From assembly GCF_006345805.1 (NCBI RefSeq), contig NW_021834542.1:1-46555 (forward strand): a DNA stretch of 46,555 nucleotides. The letters run 5' to 3'. Of this stretch, positions 13,389 to 26,020 are shown piece after piece. This DNA is from Octopus sinensis. Taxonomy: Eukaryota. Each line of letters opens with the position of its first letter. Position 1 is the first letter of the stretch. The translations under genes and the position numbers were made by a program. The notes beneath the pieces were generated by a model. The model had not been told where the DNA came from. It was given only the letters and a program-made list of their open reading frames with translations, and did no database searches.

Positions 13389-14129
13389 ATACATATGCAC
13401 GCATATATATATTTATAGGATCTCGAGTATCGAGTACCTACGTCTGGCTAGCGCGCACGCGCGAATCCGCGTGTGCGCGACCGGGACCACTCTGCGATAA
13501 TGTCAAAGTCAATAATATTATACAGGTGTATATGTGTGTATATATATATATATTTATATATATATATGCATGTATGTGTATGTATGTATATATATATGTA
13601 TGTATATAGAGAGACAGACAGACAGAGAAATATGAGCCACTGAAAACGTATAATCGTTAATACACAGTAGACAAATGTGTACGTGTGTGTGTATACTCAT
13701 ATTAATAGGTGAGGGTATAAAGTATAAATATTTTTATCCCAGCGAGTGTACAATACAAAACAAGGATTAAGTACCGTTGTTAGTATCTACATATTTGGTA
13801 TACATTGAAAAATGTATTGTAATCCTTTTGCGAAAGATGGAATGTCTGAAAATTATAGACAAACTAATTGATAGCAGATTTCTCATCAATCTAAAAAAAA
13901 ACAACAACAACAGCAGCACGTCGTAATTGGCGGGAAAACTACGTCTGCAAATGTAATGTTGTCATAGCAACAGACTATGCAAGAGAAAGTTTGTTGTTAA
14001 GGGCAACGAGGCGTATTTTTACCGCCAAAAGAAACAGTTAAGTATGGCGGTCATATAACACACATAAATGAATATATAAACACACAAATATTTATTATAT
14101 ATATGTGTGTGTGTATACATATATATATT

Positions 14130-14164
<35 letters not shown>

Positions 14165-14233
14165 ATATATGTTAAACTCCAGTGTTTGACTCGAGCAAAA
14201 AAAAATTGTGCAATAGATGTAAAATAAAATGTA

Positions 14234-14610
14234 TTAAACGAATATGTAAAAAAAAATACACTCTGGCGAACGAGGGGCGGTGGAGACGACTCGGAAAATT
14301 CACACGATCAATCTCACAGGATCCGAAAACTACATGTTGTTTTATACCTGTTACACTTTTTGTTTTCATTTTTGGGACCGGTTGTCGAGTGGGGTTACCG
14401 GATCGTGTGAATCATCCGAGTCCGCACCCCACCCACCCGCCCTGTCACAAAAATTGAACAAAAGTAGAGTACCGGGTGTAAAATAATGTGTAAAAAACGA
14501 AAATGAAGAACAAAAAATTCGCCGACGAACGGGGAAGTGGTGAGATTTGAATTTTCCGAGTCGTCTCCCCACCTCCCGTTCGCCATATTTTTTTTTTTCA
14601 TATTCGTTTA
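14234..14610. repeat. Imperfect inverted repeat element (probable DNA transposon remnant)
   Basis: 'taaacgaatatg...tggcgaacgaggggcggtggagacgactcggaaaattca' versus 'tgaattttccgagtcgtctccccacctcccgttcgcca...catattcgttta'. Modules 1 and 2 carry only the left arm. Confidence 0.6.
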
Positions 14611-14824
14611 CTACATGTTGTTTCACACCTATTGCACTATTTTTTTCCTTTTTTCTTTGCTTGGGCCAAACACTAGATTTTAACCTAATGTTTCCCTCCT
14701 CTGTCTTCTCCATCTGAAGGAGCCATGTCCCTCTTCTAATGCAAGACACCTTTCTCTCCAGCAATATTAGCTCCCCCACCTCACCACCTCAACCAGTCGA
14801 GAGGTCTTTGTCTCGCAATTAACT

Positions 14825-15023
14825 GGTGACCTCACTGGTTTGGATGGCATGTAAAAGGCATCCAGTACACTCTGCAAAGTGGTTGGTGTTAGGAAGGTCG
14901 TCCAGCCATAGAAACCAAACCTAAGCAGACAGTAGTGTTTGGTGTGGTCTTCTGACTTGTCTGTTCCTATCAAACCCTCCTACCCATGCCAGCATGGAAA
15001 AGGAACATTCGATGACGATGATG
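14825..15023 (+). mobile_element. Degenerate RTE-LINE/SINE 3' end
   Basis: Similar to 24790-24976 (gtggttggtgttaggaagg...cccatgccagcatggaaaa...gatgacgatgatg). Confidence 0.7.
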
Positions 15024-15747
15024 GTGTGTGTGTGTTTGTGTGTTTGTGCAAAATTCTGGAACAATTTGTGACTGCAGAAGCTATAGAAACTAACAAGAAC
15101 TTCAAAACATGTTTTATTGTCCAGAGATGACCTTATGAAGCACAATTCAAAATATAATAGATCTCAAAATGTGTTGAGTGAGTTGCAGATGGAGGTGAGA
15201 AATAATTTCTGTAAGAAATTTACAGATTATTTACTGTCAAAACAAGCTAGAGAATCTTTCTTGTTGCTTTAGATCTCAAATAACATTTTCTTTGGAGAAA
15301 AATTGATCGATCTCCCCATAATCAATATGAAGAGAAGGCACTGAATCAGAATGGGTCAATCTTAAGAACTGTTGGCTCTCAAAGAATATCTCCATACTTT
15401 GTTATATATATACTGATATGTATGCATGTATGTATAGGATGACTCACGAGTCATCTTCGTAGTCATAAAGCGAGACAGATGAGTGACAACCTGGCCACTG
15501 GTGGTGGTGTAACGCACCATACTAATCATATCTGTTTTGACAAAAAATAATGAAAAAGATTTTTGTGATTCAATGAAGATGATTCATGGAGAAAATGAGA
15601 AAAAGATGTTATTTGGCTACTACTACCATGTTGTTATCGTGTCACACTGCCTCTATTATGGTATCTTTGGATATTCAAATAGTCTGGAATTGCAAAAAAT
15701 TTCAAAACAAAAGCAGATCTGAAGATTTTAATTAATTCAAGCCTTAC

Positions 15748-15899
15748 CTTTCCACAGCATAATGCAATGCTGTATTCTTGCCTTCGTCACTGATGTCTAT
15801 ATTGGCTCCAGATTCTATCAAGAAGGCTATTAGACTTGTGCTGCCCTGTTCACAAGCCGCCATTAAGAAAGTTTTACTGTCTGAACCTTTTTGGTTGAC
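15748..15899 (-). CDS. Ankyrin-repeat gene exon 2 (VNQKGSDSKTFLMAACEQG...GANIDISDEGKNTALHYAVE)
   Basis: (CT)n tract plus AG acceptor at 15901-15900 and GTAAG donor at 15747. 152 nt, phase 0 to 2. Clear ankyrin motifs (GANID, TALHYA). Confidence 0.9.
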
Positions 15900-16086
15900 C
15901 TGAAGAGAAGAAAGAGAAGATATATAAAATATATCAAAGGAGAGAGAGAGATAGAGAGAGAGAGGAGGGAAGAATAGAGAGAGAGAGAGAGAGAGAGAAG
16001 AGAAGAGAGAGTAAAGAAGATGCTGGAGTGAAAGAAAGGGATATGAAAGACGAAGAAAGAAAGATACACACACACACACACACACC

Positions 16087-16206
16087 AGTGTGCAACATGA
16101 AATAGAATGTCTTGCTGAAGAATACAACACACAGCCCAGACTGGGAATCAAACTCACTATCTCCTGATTGTGAACCTGTTGCCCTAACCATTGAGTCATG
16201 CGCCTT
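16087..16206 (-). mobile_element. tRNA-derived SINE 5' head
   Basis: Minus strand 'ggcgcatgactcaatggttagggc...gagtttgattcccag': degenerate Pol III A and B boxes followed by SINE body. Confidence 0.65.
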
Positions 16207-16254
16207 CATATACATATACACACATACACACACCCATGTATGTATGTATGTATG

Positions 16255-16950
16255 TAAGGGTGGAGGAACTCTTGAGAGTCAACAGCCTTCCAATAAATGT
16301 CTTAAGGCTGTATCATGCACGGGAACATAGAAATAATTGGACTGAATACCCGATCGCGCGGTTAAACCATTGGGAGTGAAGGACTCCTAGCCTTTGTTAG
16401 GGCATCCTTCTAGGCGAAGGTAACTCAGGTAACTGGGATAACTCCGGCATAAAACCTGCAGCTCAGTGGTTGCCGATGATGTTGACTTGTTCTTCTTTTC
16501 GGATTATGGCTGCTGTTGCTTAGTGAGTGGGATTGACTCAGTGCACAGCCTTTCCTCACTTTTACTATATCCATACTTTGTTATATATATGCTGATATGT
16601 ATACATGTATGTATGTATAGGATGACTCACGCGTCATCTTCATAGTCATAAAGCGAGACAGATGAGTGACCACCTGGCCACTGGTGGTGGTGTAACACAC
16701 CATACTAATCATATCTGTCGGGCATGTGGAAGAGAGTGTAATTCGGCAGGAGGACTTAAACGACATGCAAAGGTACATGAAGCCCAGTTACAACTACAGC
16801 CGGCTATTACCAGTAAAGGTCTTAGTTGCCAATTTTGTACAAGACATTGTAGATCTTTAGCTGGGTTAAAAAGTCACATTCGATCACAGCATCAATAACA
16901 GTTAAGTTTCGTGCAATGGCCATACTCGATAACAAGGGGGCAGCCATCAT
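16255..16950 (+). mobile_element. Internally deleted RTE-type LINE remnant with two C-terminal C2H2-like motifs
   Basis: ORF 16662-16898 has CRACGRECNSAGGLKRHAKVH and CQFCTRHCRSLAGLKSHIRSQH, matching the CxxCxRxCxSxxGLxSH motif that ends RTE-BovB-like ORFs. The assignment of 16255-16570 as the 5' UTR is tentative. Confidence 0.6.
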
Positions 16951-16959
16951 GTATAGGTT

Positions 16960-17470
16960 ACATCTCCAATCTGGTATGCTCATTTTGTCCAGAATGCCAA
17001 TCTACTGGAAGCTGTCCACAGATGTACAACCACACAAATAGCCTCTCTCAATCACTTATTATTCCTTAAAAGTATTGCTTCTCCATGCATCAACACAGAA
17101 TTTTGTCATTTCTAGCAACTCACTTGATCCCACAAGATTATCCCTCATCTTCCAATAACAAATTTGACCACTTCTGGAATTTAATATCTTTACCACTCTG
17201 AGACATGCTTATAAAGTAAAAAAAAAACACCCATCCCAGTTTCCATGATATCAGAAACAATATTTTTATGCTCAGAATTGTCAAGGCATGGAATAAACTA
17301 TCTACGTTGGTTGTTAGCTGTATCCTTCAAAAACACCACACTTTCTGTAATTCAGAAACACTACATCTGAGGTTCCTATGAACCCTTTCCTTTTTGTGGT
17401 TCTTTTACTGCTCCCTTTTCTGTCTTTTAGTGTTCTATCCCGTGAACGATGGCATGCACTTTAGATGGTC
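16960..17470 (+). mobile_element. Old degenerate CR1-type LINE 3' end related to 9431-9980
   Basis: 'ctggaagctgtccacagatgtacaacc', 'gacatgcttataaagta' and 'ctcagaattgtcaaggcatggaataaacta' align in order with the younger copy. Confidence 0.7.
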
Positions 17471-18859
17471 ATTAGTGTCTTTCTTTACATGACTTGTGCT
17501 TCCTGTCCTTTCATAGAAGTGGACAGAGCAATATCGAAGGAAATCAGTTCAAATATACCGTTTCATGGTAGATGGAAGAGTCTTTCTTATGAAACATAAG
17601 ATGTCTGTCTTAGGGAAAAAAAATCAGTTGAGAAAATCTACCAGTTTATTACTGGTATGTATGATATCAATTATGAATTGAAGAGAATACTGACAAGATT
17701 TCAAATGTGGTATCTGATAGGAGACACACAGGTAAATAAGAGAAACCATCTACACAAAGCAACTGTAGGGATTAGGCAATAAGATGGTGTATAAAGTAAC
17801 TGAACAGGGGAAGAGCTATAAAGGGTCAAAACCTCAGAAATAATTGTGTAGATTCTAAATATATCAGACTGGATTTTAGTTTAGTATTCCCTGGTAAAGC
17901 TCATGAAATTCTACACTGTGTTATCACTGATGCCTGGCATAGTAGCACTTTCATTTAATGCTATAATGATGAAAGAGATTTAAGAAATGGTGAGAGAAGA
18001 ACAGGATGTTTGAAATGAAGCATGGATCTTCAGATGTCATATGTCTGGTGAAACAGCAACATGAGATCTTGGAAAAGAATGAAAGCAAATCTACAAGAAA
18101 GGTGTAGAGCACAGGTAAATCAAGGTGAAAAAAGCTTAGAAAGACTGTTTAGTTCATGCATAAGCTCAAGGAAAAGATTGAAAATCTATTTATGTTAGTC
18201 ACTGAATCTATTACAAAGTAACTACTTGTAATTAGACATCTGTGACATCTTTGGAACGATACCAACCACAGCTAAATATGTGCAACTATGGAAAAGGAGG
18301 AGACACAAATGAAAAGAAACAATGGAGAAAATAAGAAATATTCTGAAAGTAGGGATCAGAATTTTGAGCCTAAATGAGGCAGCAGCGGTGTCAGGGCTTA
18401 CATTAGTTTGTAGCCATACAATATGTAAGAAGGTGTGAGTGGTTCATACACAACTGTATTACACCTGTACAAACAACACTATCGACTTCTCCTTGAGGAA
18501 AACACCTACCCTCACTAAACTGGCAGACATTCACCCACCATTGAAATACATGTATGATGGTCATCAAGAAAATAAAGGATGTTTTTTCTGCATTTCACCA
18601 TTTGTCAGCTGTCTTCCCTCCCAAATTAAAGCCTCATTTTCTGGTCTCTTACCAAGAGTATCTCTATAGATTTTACAGAATCATTCCACCCACCACTCCC
18701 TAACCATGATGGTTCTCTGATCCAAACTCAACTACACATTGAGTTTCATATATTTGTATGACCATAGCCTGGTCCTTATAAAATTTTCCACAACCCCTAC
18801 CCAAGGGTAGCACTACTCTCTTAGAGAAGCCCTGTTTTATAATTCTTGCTGATAGTGTC

Positions 18860-19275
18860 CTATCTGCTGACTACCAGCCAGTCATTCTAACTTCCAATAT
18901 TTCAATTATAAAGTAAAAAGTCATAAACAACCATCATCTTTGTCCCTTTGGGTATCTTTCTCTATTCAATGAGCCCCAGAACAGTTCCATAAAGCCGGTT
19001 CAAGCAGGGGTCTGATTCCTACGTGACTCCCCAGGGTTTTGGTTATGTTTGACAACTTCTGCAAAAGAAATACTGTAGCCCTTGACATCGGTAAAACCTT
19101 CAACTGTGTATGGCAAGAGAATTTCTTGACAAAGTCACCATTTATCTATTGGGTCCATCTGTCCCCCATCTCTTGGACTGAATATTTCCTGCCAGAATAC
19201 TCCATTGCAGTGTGTGAGGATGGGTTTCTCTCTCACTCACATTCCATCAATTCTGGCATGCCTCATTGTCTGGTT
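18860..19275 (+). mobile_element. Degenerate LINE reverse-transcriptase fragment (CR1/Jockey-like)
   Basis: Decayed RT motifs in the right order: DYQPVILTS, VALDIGKTFNCVWQ, SINSGMPH. Confidence 0.7.
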
Positions 19276-19439
19276 GAATATTTATAAAAAGTGACAATGA
19301 TGAGGATTAGAGGAAAGAGGTAAAGAAAGAAATGAAATATTATGGACAAATATATCTGGTTATTTAGGAACATTTAATATTGTGTATAAAATAATAAACA
19401 AACATTCAACATTGAAGAAGCAATATAAAGTAAACTTAC

Positions 19440-19523
19440 TTGATCAGGATTTTCTTTGATAAGTCGTTTCACATCTTCAAAGTCTCCATTCTGAATCTTG
19501 CTTATAATCTTATTTACATCCAT
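19440..19523 (-). CDS. Ankyrin-repeat gene, probable first coding exon (MDVNKIISKIQNGDFEDVKRLIKENPDQ, N-cap-like repeat)
   Basis: Pyrimidine tract plus AG acceptor at 19527-19526, then AC-ATG. 84 nt (28 codons) to a GTAAGT donor at 19439. Phase 0 joins the next exon in frame. Not in the ORF track. The ATG could be internal if further coding exons lie upstream. Confidence 0.75.
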
Positions 19524-19604
19524 GTCTTTTGAATAAAAAGGAAAGTAAGATAATTTTTAAAAACTTATAAAATGAGGTAAAGAGCAATTTAAAGAAGACG
19601 GAAC

Positions 19605-19790
19605 AGCTCATTTGTGAAATTAACATGCAAATGGCTGAGTACACCAAAGACGCGTGTATCCCTAATGTTGTTTTGAGGGAGATTCAGCATGACACAGAGT
19701 GTGACAAGGCTGACCCTTTGAAATACAGACACAACTCATTTTCACTGAGTAGACTGGAGCAACGTGAAATAAAGGTTCTTGCTCAAGGAA
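19605..19790 (-). mobile_element. SINE body fragment
   Basis: 'gactggagcaacgtgaaataaaggttcttgctcaagga' is the same family motif as at 16095-16125. Confidence 0.6.
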
Positions 19791-20014
19791 TCCTCCTACT
19801 CATTCCCCACCCCACCAACCCACCAACTCTCTGCGCATGAGTGGCTGGGGAAGCAAGCATATTAATGTGTTAATGCGTATCCGCAGGTTTGTATGTAATT
19901 GGACGCATCTATCAATGGTGCTACCACAAACCCCAGTTTTGCTTGATTATTGCACCCAGAATCTCTTACTGGTCACCTGATATGTTATCTACTTACCCGC
20001 CTGTCTCCCCTCTC

Positions 20015-21766
20015 TTAACCCTGTTGATACTAACCTGGCTGTAACTGCTTCTGGGCTCTGTGGTAAAATGTCTTGTTTCCATAAGTTTTGAATTAAAATT
20101 CTCCACCAAACCTTAGTCACAATATATGTTCCTAACACTAGCTTAATGATGACTAAGTTATTTTACTAAATTCTTTGTTATATTTAAAATTAATTGAAAG
20201 AAACACAGAGCATCTCAACAGAAATATGTTAACAAAAGGGTTAAAATATATAATAGAGAAACAATTCTTAACCCTTTTGGTACCAGCCTGGCTGAAACTG
20301 CTTCTGGGCTCTGTAGTACAAATGTCTTGTTTCCAAAAGTTTTGAATTAAAATTCTCCACCAAACCTTAGTCACAATATATGTTCCTAACACTAGCTTAA
20401 TGATAACTAAGTTATTTTACTAAATTCTTTGTTATATTTAAAATTAATTGAAAGAAACACAGAGCATCTCAACAGAAATATGTTAACAAAAGGGTTAAAA
20501 TATATAATAGAGAAACAATTCTAACCCTTTTGGTACCAGCCTGGCTGAAACTGCTTCTGGGCTCTGTAGTACAAATGTCTTGTTTCCAAAAGTTTTGAAT
20601 TAAAATTCTCCACCAAACCTTAGTCACAATATATGTTCCTAACACTAGCTTAATGATAACTAAGTTATTTTACTAAATTCTTTGTTATATTTAAAATTAA
20701 TTGAAAGAAACACAGAGCATCTCAACAGAAATATGTTAACAAAAGGGTTAAAATATATAATAGAGAAACAATTCTTAACCCTTTTGGTACCAGCCTGGCT
20801 GAAACTGCTTCTGGGCTCTGTAGTACAAATGTCTTGTTTCCAAAAGTTTTGAATTAAAATTCTCCACCAAACCTTAGTCACAATATATGTTCCTAACACT
20901 AGCTTAATGATAACTAAGTTATTTTACTAAATTCTTTGTTATATTTAAAATTAATTGAAAGAAACACAGAGCATCTCAACAGAAATATGTTAACAAAAGG
21001 GTTAAAATATATAATAGAGAAACAATTCTTAACCCTTTTGGTACCAGCCTGGCTGAAACTGCTTCTGGGCTCTGTAGTACAAATGTCTTGTTTCCAAAAG
21101 TTTTGAATTAAAATTCTCCACCAAACCTTAGTCACAATATATGTTCCTAACACTAGCTTAATGATAACTAAGTTATTTTACTAAATTCTTTGTTATATTT
21201 AAAATTAATTGAAAGAAACACAGAGCATCTCAACAGAAATATGTTAACAAAAGGGTTAAAATATATAATAGAGAAACAATTCTTAACCCTTTTGGTACCA
21301 GCCTGGCTGAAACTGCTTCTGGGCTCTGTAGTACAAATGTCTTGTTTCCAAAAGTTTTGAATTAAAATTCTCCACCAAACCTTAGTCACAATATATGTTC
21401 CTAACACTAGCTTAATGATAACTAAGTTATTTTACTAAATTCTTTGTTATATTTAAAATTAATTGAAAGAAACACAGAGCATCTCAACAGAAATATGTTA
21501 ACAAAAGGGTTAAAATATATAATAGAGAAACAATTCTTAACCCTTTTGGTACCAGCCTGGCTGAAACTGCTTCTGGGCTCTGTAGTACAAATGTCTTGTT
21601 TCCAAAAGTTTTGAATTAAAATTCTCCACCAAACCTTAGTCACAATTTATGTTCCTAACACTAGCTTAATGATAACTAAGTTATTTTACTAAATTCTTTG
21701 TTATATTTAAAGTAATTGAAAGAAACACAGAGCATCTCAAAATAAATACAGTAATGAAAGGGTTAA
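20015..21766. repeat. Satellite of 7 piggyBac-type MITE copies, 254-bp period
   Basis: Units start at 20015, 20268, ~20522, 20775, 21029, 21283 and 21537. Each reads TTAA-CCCTTTTG...CAAAAGGG-TTAA plus a 23-bp spacer. Confidence 0.92.
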
Positions 21767-22312
21767 GGGGGCATGTAAGCACAGCCTATATCTCCAAACT
21801 CTGGTCAATTCTTAACCCCCATTCTCATCAACACCAGTCCACAATTGTGTTTCTGGGGGTTGTGTTCCCACTCTACCTTCTCCTGATCTCCCTTCCCTTC
21901 AAGCCGTGTACCTCTCAAGTATTTCGTTTTGGTTACTGCATGTATTTCCTTATGCATGCTGCCCTTATGAGGTGCATCTACCAATTGCAGCTATTGTTTG
22001 ACACAACGATGTGTTACCAAATACTGAAACAGGTGTAACATGAAATGAAGGAGGGCCAGGTTGAAGCCCCTGCTTGTTTCTCTTGTTAATGATGTGCTTT
22101 TTATATTATTACAGCCCCCGCTGATTGTACAGGATCCTGTTTGAATTCAAAATGAAAGGAATTTAAACTGATTAACCTCAAGTGTCAAAATTTGGATGGA
22201 ACAGTGTCATGCAAGGAGCACATCCTATCACACACACACACACATTGATATATATATATATATATATATACATATATAGATACATAACATACAAACATAC
22301 ACATACACACAT

Positions 22313-22357
<45 letters not shown>

Positions 22358-22548
22358 AATTGATGAATGAATTATGCTTTGTTTACCGTTAACATAGAAA
22401 ATTCAATAGACAGTTACCAGGGTAGCAAATTTCACGCAAGTAACAAGGATGTAGCGACCTATTCAAAGGTAGAAACTCCGGGTTAATGTGCAGTAATTTG
22501 TGTAGTATAAGTAAATAAATGGAGTTGAATGCAGATGTTATTCGAATT

Positions 22549-22644
22549 CTTTTATATTCGACATATGTTTCAAAGACAACATTGGTTTTATTCCAAAGGA
22601 ATAAACGGTGTAAAATAATGCAATCTTCTCATCAGGAAAGAAAG
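22549..22644 (-). ncRNA. Minimal type I hammerhead ribozyme (copy 1 of at least 12)
   Basis: Minus strand: UUC-CUGAUGA-GAAGA...UCUUU-GAAA-CAUAUG-UC-GAA. Core at 22635-22629, GAAA at 22571-22568, predicted cleavage after C at 22560. Confidence 0.8.
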
Positions 22645-22679
22645 AGAACCTATCTCAACAACAAGACATTGTATTTACT

Positions 22680-22713
<34 letters not shown>

Positions 22714-22828
22714 CTATATATATATATATACATACATATGTATATATATATGTATATATATATGTATATATATATATGTATATATATATGTATATATATG
22801 TATATATATGTATATATATATGTATATA

Positions 22829-22996
<168 letters not shown>

Positions 22997-23080
22997 AATA
23001 CAAACTGCGACAAGAATGCAAAACATTTAGAAGACGATACAAAAAACACAGATGGGACATTCGAAGCCTATATATGTATA

Positions 23081-23164
<84 letters not shown>

Positions 23165-23172
<8 letters not shown>

Positions 23173-23985
23173 ATGAGGGTGTCTAAGAGACACCAACATG
23201 CCGAAATAGCAGTCGAAATTCTGACTATAAAAACCACGTTAAGTGTTCATATCGTACCATGAGATAAGACAGAGGGACAAAATATACAAGCAAAAGTTAT
23301 TGAATAATTCAAGATCCAGGATTTCTAGTTTTGCTTTAAATAAGCTTTACCGTTATCAATTGAATATATCAAGGGTACATAAATACAGATATATATATGC
23401 AGAACAAACGATATACTTACATATACGAACGTCCATACATACATACATATGTACGTATGCACACGGCCAGTTAAATTGCCCGCCAAAACACCCCATAAGC
23501 ACGATATGGTTAAAATAAACACCGCAGTGAATATAATAACGAATTATATAAATTTATATATGAGGATAATATCTATATTCTAGTATCAATATTATCAAGT
23601 GGCCAGCATGGAAAAAATACCGTACAAAGGTAATAATTTTTAACAATTAAAAATGAGGGTGTCTAAGTGACACCAACATGCCGAAATAGCAGTCGAAATT
23701 CTGACTATAAAAACCACGTTAAGTGTTCATATCGTACCATGAGATAAGACAGAGGGACAAAATATACAAGCAAAAGTTATTGAATAATTCAAGATCCAGG
23801 ATTTCTATGGTACGATATGAACACTTAACGTGGTTTTTATAGTCAGAATTTCTACTGCTATTTAGGCATGTTGGTGTCTCTTAGACACCCTCATTTTTAA
23901 TTGTTAAAAATTATTACCTTTGTACGGTATTTTTTCCATGCTGGCCACTTGATAATATTGATACTTGAATATCGATATTATCCTC

Positions 23986-23993
<8 letters not shown>
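23165..23993. mobile_element. Penelope-like element remnant with direct and inverted terminal repeats
   Basis: 23165-23327 is repeated at 23645-23806, and 23554-23740 is inverted at 23807-23993. The family assignment is inferred from this architecture. Confidence 0.6.
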
Positions 23994-24028
<35 letters not shown>

Positions 24029-24105
24029 TTATATAGATATATGTGTGTGTATATATATATATAATATTATATATATATATATATAATTATATTATATATA
24101 TATAT

Positions 24106-24976
24106 GGACCTATAGCTGGACCTAAGAAGCATCAGTTGTGGTGTGCAAGAGAGACGTTTGCGCTGGTATGGTCATGTGGCGAGAATGGATGAAGATAGTT
24201 GTGTGAAAAAGTGCCACACCCTAGCGGTTGAGGGAACCTGTGGAAGAGGCAGACCCAGGAAAACCTGGGACGAGGTGGTGAAGCACGACTTTCGAACTTT
24301 AGGTCTCACTGAGGAAATGACTAGAGACCGAGACCTCTGGAAGTGTGCTGTGCGCGAGAAGACCCGGCAGGACACCGTGGCCTTCTACATGGGATGGAGC
24401 CAGCCTACGTATGCATACCTTCCCTTCTTGGGACACAAAACTCTACTTGTGAAGACGTGTTGAGGCAAGTGAGGATCAGAATCGAAATCGATCAATGGAA
24501 ATTGCGGATGTGCTACCAGTGCCGGTGGCATGTCGAAACTCTGCTTGTGAAGACCCATTGAGGCAAGTGAGGATCAGAATCGAAATCGATCAATGGAAAT
24601 CGATCAATGGAAATTGCAGATGTGTTACCAGTGCCGGTGGCATGTAAGAGAACTTTCCGTTTCGCGACCGTTGCCAGCACCGCCCCGTTTCGTGTCCGTT
24701 GCCAGCCTCGCCTGGCCCTCGTGCCGGTGGCACATAAAAAGCACCATCCGTTCGTGGCCGTTTGACAGCTCTGTCTGGCACCAGTGCGGGTGGCACGTAA
24801 AAAGCACCCACTACACTCACGGAGTGGTTGGCGTTAGGAAGGGCATCCAGCCGTAGAAACACTGCCAGATTTGACTGGGCCTGATGAAGCCTTCTGGCTT
24901 CACAGACCCCAGTAGAACCGTCCAACCCATGCTAGCATGGAAAACGGACGCTAAATGATGATGATGATGATGATGA
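24106..24976 (+). mobile_element. 5'-truncated RTE-clade LINE with (ATG)n tail
   Basis: ORF end QERRLRWYGHVARM...GRGRPRKTWDEVV (RTE signature), then a 3' UTR with internal duplications and 'gctaaatgatgatgatg'. Confidence 0.9.
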
Positions 24977-25040
24977 TATATATATATATATATATTTTAT
25001 TTTATAGAAGTAGCTTCTACATATATATATATATATATAT

Positions 25041-25203
25041 ATAATAATGCTGCCATAATCCTTGCTTTCAGTTCATCTTTAGTGTTACAAGGAATTTCGT
25101 AAGGGAGACTAGATGATTGGTGAGGAAACACTCCACCCCCTAGGACCAGTGGATCTTGTTTCAAATCTCAGGCACGTTCAAGCTAGACTCCACCCCCATA
25201 TAT

Positions 25204-25259
<56 letters not shown>

Positions 25260-26020
25260 TATATATATGTATATACATGACAAGAAATCATTTTTGTCTC
25301 CTTTTTATGGAAACAAAGGGATTATAGGACTACAAAAAAGAAGTGCTCAAATGTAATTGAGACAGAGATAAAGAAACATTGATCATAAAACAAACATCAA
25401 ATTCGAGTGAATGACTTTATATATAAAACATTTGATCATATATAAATATTACCATGGCTCTTAAACATATAAATTATACATATATAAAAAAACTTTGAAG
25501 GTAAAAAATATATATGCGAAAAGAAGCCAGGTATATACAACGGTCTATCAAGAAGGTATATACAATTGGCTAAAAATTCTATAGTGTGTCATGCCACTAA
25601 AAATCCAAATCACATAAAAGAAAATATCAATCAACTAAAAAAAATGTTTTCTTTCTCCTCTCAAACGAAAGAGTACATAAAAAAAAGTTCAGGTCATAAA
25701 AACCATGGTAGGTTAGAGTCCAGGATCGAAAAGTGTTCCACAAAATCAAGTCAAACACACCTATGGCCATTTTAGGAGTTCATTGCTGCGATTCAATTAC
25801 GAGTTAAGGCACATCTCGACAATGACCCCCACATCAGTATGAACAGGAAACTCAAAAAATTATTTGTTCAGCTGGAAAACTTTGAGAATGGTTACATGAC
25901 TTTCTGAAAGACAGAAGTCAGAAGCCAGTGGTACCACCTCAACGGAACCACAAATAGTGAGTGGTGTTCCACAGGGCACTGTCTTAGGACCACTGATTTT
26001 CATAGTGGCCCTCTCAGATA
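25041..26020. repeat. ~1-kb block duplicated at 36882-37868, ending in a CR1-type RT fragment
   Basis: Co-linear near-identity of the two blocks. SGVPQGTVLGPLIF motif at ~25960 and ~37805. Confidence 0.88.
25045..25105 (-). mobile_element. Short Tc1/mariner transposase C-terminal fragment (also at 36885-36945)
   Basis: Reads PCNTKDELKARIMAA, resembling the region after the last catalytic residue of Tc1/mariner transposases. Confidence 0.5.

Larger units (their letters stand above)
319..14430. repeat. Tandem segmental triplication: units 319-4090, 4091-8838, 8839-14430
   Basis: Intron and exon sequence recurs three times at high identity. Identical junctions 'gagtccgcacccc|agatatacac' at 4090 and 8838. 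Confidence 0.93.

Noticed and set aside
16087-16206. tRNA gene (also a fragment at 38784-38812)
   Set aside because: Only degenerate A/B boxes with no cloverleaf or acceptor stem. It is a SINE head.
16662-16898. C2H2 zinc-finger host gene
   Set aside because: The motif pattern fits the RTE retrotransposon C-terminus. It has no TGEKP linkers, is intronic and antisense, and is embedded in LINE-like sequence.
17660-18700. Possible decayed LINE endonuclease region on the minus strand
   Set aside because: No motif could be read with enough confidence by eye.
20153-21643. Repeated 79-aa ORF
   Set aside because: Arises from the MITE satellite unit, is broken in one copy and shows no protein features.
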